Source of the DNA: Bdellovibrionales bacterium
Lineage (GTDB): Bacteria > Bdellovibrionota > Bdellovibrionia > Bdellovibrionales > JAGQZY01
Assembly: GCA_041736155.1 (NCBI GenBank)
Contig: JBGSUL010000089.1
Coordinates: 16,090-80,089, forward strand
Direction of reading: 5' to 3'
Length of the DNA: 64,000 nucleotides
The notes below the pieces were generated by a model that saw only the letters and a list, made by a program, of their open reading frames with translations, had not been told where the DNA came from and ran no database searches. The translations under genes were made by a program, and so were the position numbers. Positions within the stretch are counted from its first letter, which is position 1. Every line of letters begins with the position of its first letter. Shown here one piece after another: positions 59,664 to 64,000 of the stretch.

Positions 59664-60326
59664 CTATTTTTTTAACAGAGCTTTGACAAAGGCTCGCTTC
59701 TTTTGCAAGAGATCGGTCGTATTTCCGCCTGGATCCTCGCGCAGAGACTTATCCAATTCACGCATAGAAAACACTTTATCTTGAGGCTCAATTTTTTTGG
59801 CGAGATCTTTATACTTGCTCGTGCGCGCGGAATCTTCAAAAGGATCAGCTATGCCTTTCACAAAGGTGTGTTTTGCTGCTGGTGCTGTGGATGCCGACGC
59901 CGTTTTGCTCGATGTTGTTGAGTGACCCATTAAAAGTTTACGGTAGGTTTGTAAATATTCAGCCTCATCCAACTGAAACAAACGGCACACCGACTGAATC
60001 AAAACATCGGGCTGAATCGGTGTGGGAAGGTTGGCATCAATCAATTGTCGCTGTACGGTGGTCAACTTATCGAGACGAGAGGCGGCCCCCACCCAAATGA
60101 ACTTCGGAGTCCCTCGCGCCTGTCGCACCTTAATAAATTCACTTAAAAAGTCAGCATCCGAACCGAGAACAGACGTAATCACCAATTCGGGGAAGTTCTT
60201 GCTCAGCTTCTCACGCGAATTATCGCCTTTTTGTAGCCACACGACTTGAAAACCCAATTTTTGTAAGACCGTTTTCGTAAGATCAAACTCGAGCTGGTTT
60301 TCCAAAATAAGAAGAATGTTACGCAT
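59664..60326 (-). CDS. Degenerate receiver-like domain protein
   Basis: ILLILE..., FPELVITS (no phospho-acceptor Asp), PTPI. Confidence 0.6.
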   Translation of the reverse strand: MRNILLILENQLEFDLTKTVLQKLGFQVVWLQKGDNSREKLSKNFPELVITSVLGSDADFLSEFIKVRQARGTPKFIWVGAASRLDKLTTVQRQLIDANLPTPIQPDVLIQSVCRLFQLDEAEYLQTYRKLLMGHSTTSSKTASASTAPAAKHTFVKGIADPFEDSARTSKYKDLAKKIEPQDKVFSMRELDKSLREDPGGNTTDLLQKKRAFVKALLKK

Positions 60327-60412
60327 TGTCAGATTGTCTCCCTTTGCTCTGCGGAGAACAATATCTAAGCTATTTGACGCGTAATGCTGACAATGATACT
60401 TTTGAGTAACTC

Positions 60413-61516
60413 ATGAGAAAGAACATTTCCTTTATCTACATTCTAAGCCAGATTCTCCCCACCTTTTTACTGGGAATTACTGTCTTTATTTTTATTATTC
60501 TGATGTTTCAATTTCTCAAACTCACCGAGATGATTCTGATTCACAATGTGGATATGTCCCGTGTGATGCAACTCCTTCTCAATATCTCCGTGGGCTTTTT
60601 ACCCATCATTTTACCGATGAGTTTATTGTTTTCAGTGTTACTCACCTATTCCCGCTTGAGTTCTGACTCCGAAATCGTCGCTTTTAAAGCCCTGGGCTAT
60701 TCCCACTGGACCCTCGCACTGCCGGCCATCGTCTTTTCGTTGGTGATCAGTGTTATATCAGCGCAAAACCTCTTCGAGATGGGACCTCGGGCGCGCTTGC
60801 GTGTGGACTCTCTCATCTCACAAATTGGCAATCAAAAAATCATAAGTACAATTCAAGAGGGAACCTTTTCGGAAAGTTTTTTTGATCTTGTTCTGTATAC
60901 CAATCAAATCGATAAAGAGAAAAAAATTCTCTACGATCTTTTTATCTACGATCGACGAAATAAAAAAAGTCCGGTGGCGATTATCGCCAAACACGGAGAA
61001 ATTTTCACCGAATCCAACACCGCAAACCAATCGGCGCGAATTCTTTTAAAAGATGGCAATATTTATAAGCTTGGTGAGGCTTCGCATACCAAAGTGAAAT
61101 TTGACACTTACCAACTGAATATTTCTTCGCCGGTGTCGATCATCAGCGACGAAAAGGACACCGACGCACTCACCTTGCCGCAACTCTCCTTCTTGTTGGA
61201 AAATAAAGAGCTGACAGATCGCCAGCGCGTGGAGTTTTCGTCGGAATATCATGGCCGCTGGGCTATCGCTCTGTCTTGTTTGCTTTTTGGTTTTCTCGGC
61301 GCTTCATTGGGCTCGCAGACCAATCGTCGATCCAGCGCCTCGTCGGGTTTTATCATCAGTGTGATTTGTATTATTTCGTACTGGGTTCTATATGTGGTCG
61401 CAACAACGCTCGCCAAAAAAATGCTGGCGCCGCCGGCTGTGCTCATTTGGATTCCCAATGCCATTTTTCTCGCCGTGACCATCTGGTCGTGGAGAAAACA
61501 CGCCGGCGAAGCTTAG
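60413..61516 (+). CDS. lptF: LPS export permease, LptF/LptG family
   Basis: LPMSLL..VL..YSRLSSDSEIVA.KALG, WIPN. Confidence 0.88.
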   Translation: MRKNISFIYILSQILPTFLLGITVFIFIILMFQFLKLTEMILIHNVDMSRVMQLLLNISVGFLPIILPMSLLFSVLLTYSRLSSDSEIVAFKALGYSHWTLALPAIVFSLVISVISAQNLFEMGPRARLRVDSLISQIGNQKIISTIQEGTFSESFFDLVLYTNQIDKEKKILYDLFIYDRRNKKSPVAIIAKHGEIFTESNTANQSARILLKDGNIYKLGEASHTKVKFDTYQLNISSPVSIISDEKDTDALTLPQLSFLLENKELTDRQRVEFSSEYHGRWAIALSCLLFGFLGASLGSQTNRRSSASSGFIISVICIISYWVLYVVATTLAKKMLAPPAVLIWIPNAIFLAVTIWSWRKHAGEA

Positions 61517-61541
61517 AGCGATTCCTCCTTTTGACATAGTG

Positions 61542-62369
61542 CTAAGTGGAACTTACAAAATCCACAAGATCGCGATGATTGGCGATAAAAAAGGCCCCTT
61601 CTTTTAATAACTTTATGTTTCCCGAAGATTCATAGTGTCCTGGAAAATCTGGTAAGGTTGCCACTTGTGTGGCCACATCGAGAGCATGTTTCACCGTGAT
61701 CATTGTGCCACTTTTCTCCGCGCATTGAACAACTAACAAATGATTTGTTAATGCGGCGACAAGTCGATTTCTCTTAAGAAAGTGATGCTTGCGCATGCAC
61801 TGATCTGGAAGGTACTCCGTCAAAAATGACACTTTGGGGTCGCTCCACCAGGATTTTAACAGCGTCGGATAGAGAGCGTTCAATCCGCTGGGCACCACAA
61901 TCAAAGTGTCATGATGATGTCGCAAGGCCACCCGAGAGGCTTGCTGATCCACGCCCCATGCGCCACCACTGATTACGGCTCCACTAAAATGTCTTATGAA
62001 AAGTCCAAACTCATGATCCATCCATTGACTAAATACGGGCGCCATATTGCGACTGCCAATCACGGCTACATTCTGTTGCTGGAGGATTCGCCGTTGTCCG
62101 TGGTAATGCAAAAACAACGGCGGAGTGTGCAACCGCTCAAAGCCTTTTGGATAATCTTCGTGACCCCAAAAAATCACATCCTGAGGCATGACACTCTTAA
62201 ATTCGCTGTGAAATTGACTTTGTTGAAGATCGCGCTGCTCACGAGTCCAACGATATCGATCCTGGAGCGCCAGCCAGAGATCGCCGGGAAGAGCTCCGCG
62301 ATATTGAAGAAATGTATCTAGGGATAGATTAAAAAAGGAACAGAGTGCTGCATGATAAACGTCATCCAT
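61542..62369 (-). CDS. dprA: DNA-processing protein DprA
   Basis: AVIGSR, ISGGAWGVD, FLKRNRLVA, SGTMIT. Confidence 0.9.
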   Translation of the reverse strand: MDDVYHAALCSFFNLSLDTFLQYRGALPGDLWLALQDRYRWTREQRDLQQSQFHSEFKSVMPQDVIFWGHEDYPKGFERLHTPPLFLHYHGQRRILQQQNVAVIGSRNMAPVFSQWMDHEFGLFIRHFSGAVISGGAWGVDQQASRVALRHHHDTLIVVPSGLNALYPTLLKSWWSDPKVSFLTEYLPDQCMRKHHFLKRNRLVAALTNHLLVVQCAEKSGTMITVKHALDVATQVATLPDFPGHYESSGNIKLLKEGAFFIANHRDLVDFVSST

Positions 62370-62424
62370 TCACCAGGGACGTTCATCATTTATGCCGGTA
62401 AGAACGGCCATAAATTACAGTTGA

Positions 62425-63618
62425 TTAGAACCAGGAGTCTTTTTCGGATTTTTGTGGCGACGAAATGGACATTTGATCGATGGCCGAATTGGAATGCAAC
62501 ACGACAGCCGTGGCATAAGGCGGTGATACCGACACCACTTTTAAAACACCATTTTGCGTGTAGTAATCGATACGGCGATCAAACTGATTGTGCATTTTTA
62601 TCAGATCTCCCACATTGACATCGAAAGTTTTCATTTTTAAAAAAACGATATCTCCGATAGACCAAATCTGCTTGTCTTTACTGAGAATCTTGAGATTTTT
62701 TTCTTGCGGCTCCCCTTCCGTACGCATGTTGACATACTTGGGGATAAAATCGAGCACTGCTGCTTTACGATAAAGAGCATCAAACTGGCGTAAAACTTCT
62801 GCTTCGTACATACGAGGCGCAATCATTTTTACGACTTTTACAATCGAAAGAACCCGCACCCCAAACCCACGTTCCAGCTCTTCAAAATCTTCATTGACGA
62901 TGCTCAGCTGTGCGCCTTCACTCAGAGTTTTGTCTTCTTCCGTTTTTAAAATGACGCGATTGGATTCACCCGAAACCAAACGATCACCGCCAATCGACTC
63001 CACTTGTGCCACCACCGCTGGTTCTTGCGCAAAAATCTCATTGGTTAAAAAGAAATCACTTTTGTATTCCATGGCTGGTCGAGGGATAACAGAAATTGGT
63101 GCGCCTAGGCGCAAATCAAGCGGAGGGCTTTCGATAAAAAAGGACGGCGGATTGGAATAGTAGTTTTGCTGACTTTCCCCACTATACGAATCCTGTGTTT
63201 TGCTTATTGTGAGGCTTTTATTGTTATTGCTTTTGCTGACCGAAATGGAGGGCGCCATTTTAAAATTTCCAGTAGAAAAGACAATCGTGTCGCCGACCAA
63301 AATAAGATGGGGATTCGTAATGTTTTGATTCACCGACCATAACTTAGACCAATAGTTTCCATCGCCAAAATAAATCTCACTGATTCCCCACAGCGTATCG
63401 CCTTTTAAGACGGTGTACGACTGCTCTTGAATACCAGCGATCATCTCACTCCAATCACTATCGAGAATGGGACTGTGATAATATTTTTCGTAAATACGAT
63501 GAAGACGAGCTTCCGTTGAATCCTCTTGCGCGGAGAGATCTCCTACGAGGAAAAAAAAACAAGTGACCAGTATCGTCTGTTGTAAAATTAAGAAGCAAGA
63601 TTTATTTTTCTGATTCAT
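62425..63618 (-). CDS. LysM peptidoglycan-binding protein
   Basis: YTVLKGDTLWGIS....W..LW..N..ITNPHLI; usual position upstream of dprA. Confidence 0.88.
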   Translation of the reverse strand: MNQKNKSCFLILQQTILVTCFFFLVGDLSAQEDSTEARLHRIYEKYYHSPILDSDWSEMIAGIQEQSYTVLKGDTLWGISEIYFGDGNYWSKLWSVNQNITNPHLILVGDTIVFSTGNFKMAPSISVSKSNNNKSLTISKTQDSYSGESQQNYYSNPPSFFIESPPLDLRLGAPISVIPRPAMEYKSDFFLTNEIFAQEPAVVAQVESIGGDRLVSGESNRVILKTEEDKTLSEGAQLSIVNEDFEELERGFGVRVLSIVKVVKMIAPRMYEAEVLRQFDALYRKAAVLDFIPKYVNMRTEGEPQEKNLKILSKDKQIWSIGDIVFLKMKTFDVNVGDLIKMHNQFDRRIDYYTQNGVLKVVSVSPPYATAVVLHSNSAIDQMSISSPQKSEKDSWF

Positions 63619-63758
63619 TTAAAGTACCTGCGCTGTCTCTGATGATGCTTCTCTTATTCTAAATCAGCTGTGGGAAACTGCTATTATAATTAGCAAAAAA
63701 CTGAACCTAGAGCGGGTATATTGCATTAAAAACATTCATTTTTTTTTAGTTTGAAGAC

Positions 63759-63767
63759 TTATCCACA
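63759..63767 (+). promoter_or_regulatory. Perfect DnaA box in an AT-rich non-coding stretch
   Basis: TTATCCACA. Confidence 0.5.
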
Positions 63768-64000
63768 TAAATTGTGGAACTTTGACATTATCTTTACATT
63801 AAAACCTTGATAATACTGACATTCAGCGAATTGCACAAAAAACAATCATCTATAACTTATTGATTTATATAATGTATTTCATATTTTTTTAGTTTTTTTA
63901 AGATAGATTTTAAGTTCTTAAATCGACATTCGGACAATCTGCCCTCAAACATATTTTATGCGTTCGAGTCATGGATTTTGTTTTTGCAATCCAGCGTGAT

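Overview
Bacterial chromosomal window, probably from a Bdellovibrionota-type organism (inferred from gene repertoire and order, not proven). The left arm carries the 5' end of mutL, two tandem paralogous secreted proteins separated by a highly structured spacer, and the core minus-strand run rimP-nusA-infB-rbfA-truB-rpsO-pnp-M16 peptidase-dut-fur. After a tRNA-Leu(CAA) comes an accessory region with outer-membrane proteins, REP-like palindromes and a ~21 kb aryl-polyene/flexirubin-like type II PKS cluster (21599-42551). The cluster has 3 ketosynthases, 2 chain-length-factor-like proteins, 2 ACPs, FabG, 2 hotdog dehydratases, an MIO ammonia-lyase, an adenylating enzyme, a flavin halogenase-like enzyme, a carotenoid-oxidoreductase-like enzyme, a GT2-DUF2062-acyltransferase fusion, a C45 acyltransferase and MMPL/LolA export, but no recognisable DarAB or methyltransferase. 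The right arm has a secreted CxxCH protein, redox genes, an OPT transporter, YceI, a subtilase-TM-PilZ fusion, ppiD, mreC-mreD-mrdA-rodA, trxA, a receiver-DnaJ-TPR protein, lptF, dprA, a LysM protein and an AT-rich end with one perfect DnaA box. No integrase, transposase or CRISPR array was seen. All family calls come from motif recognition by eye; no database searches were run.
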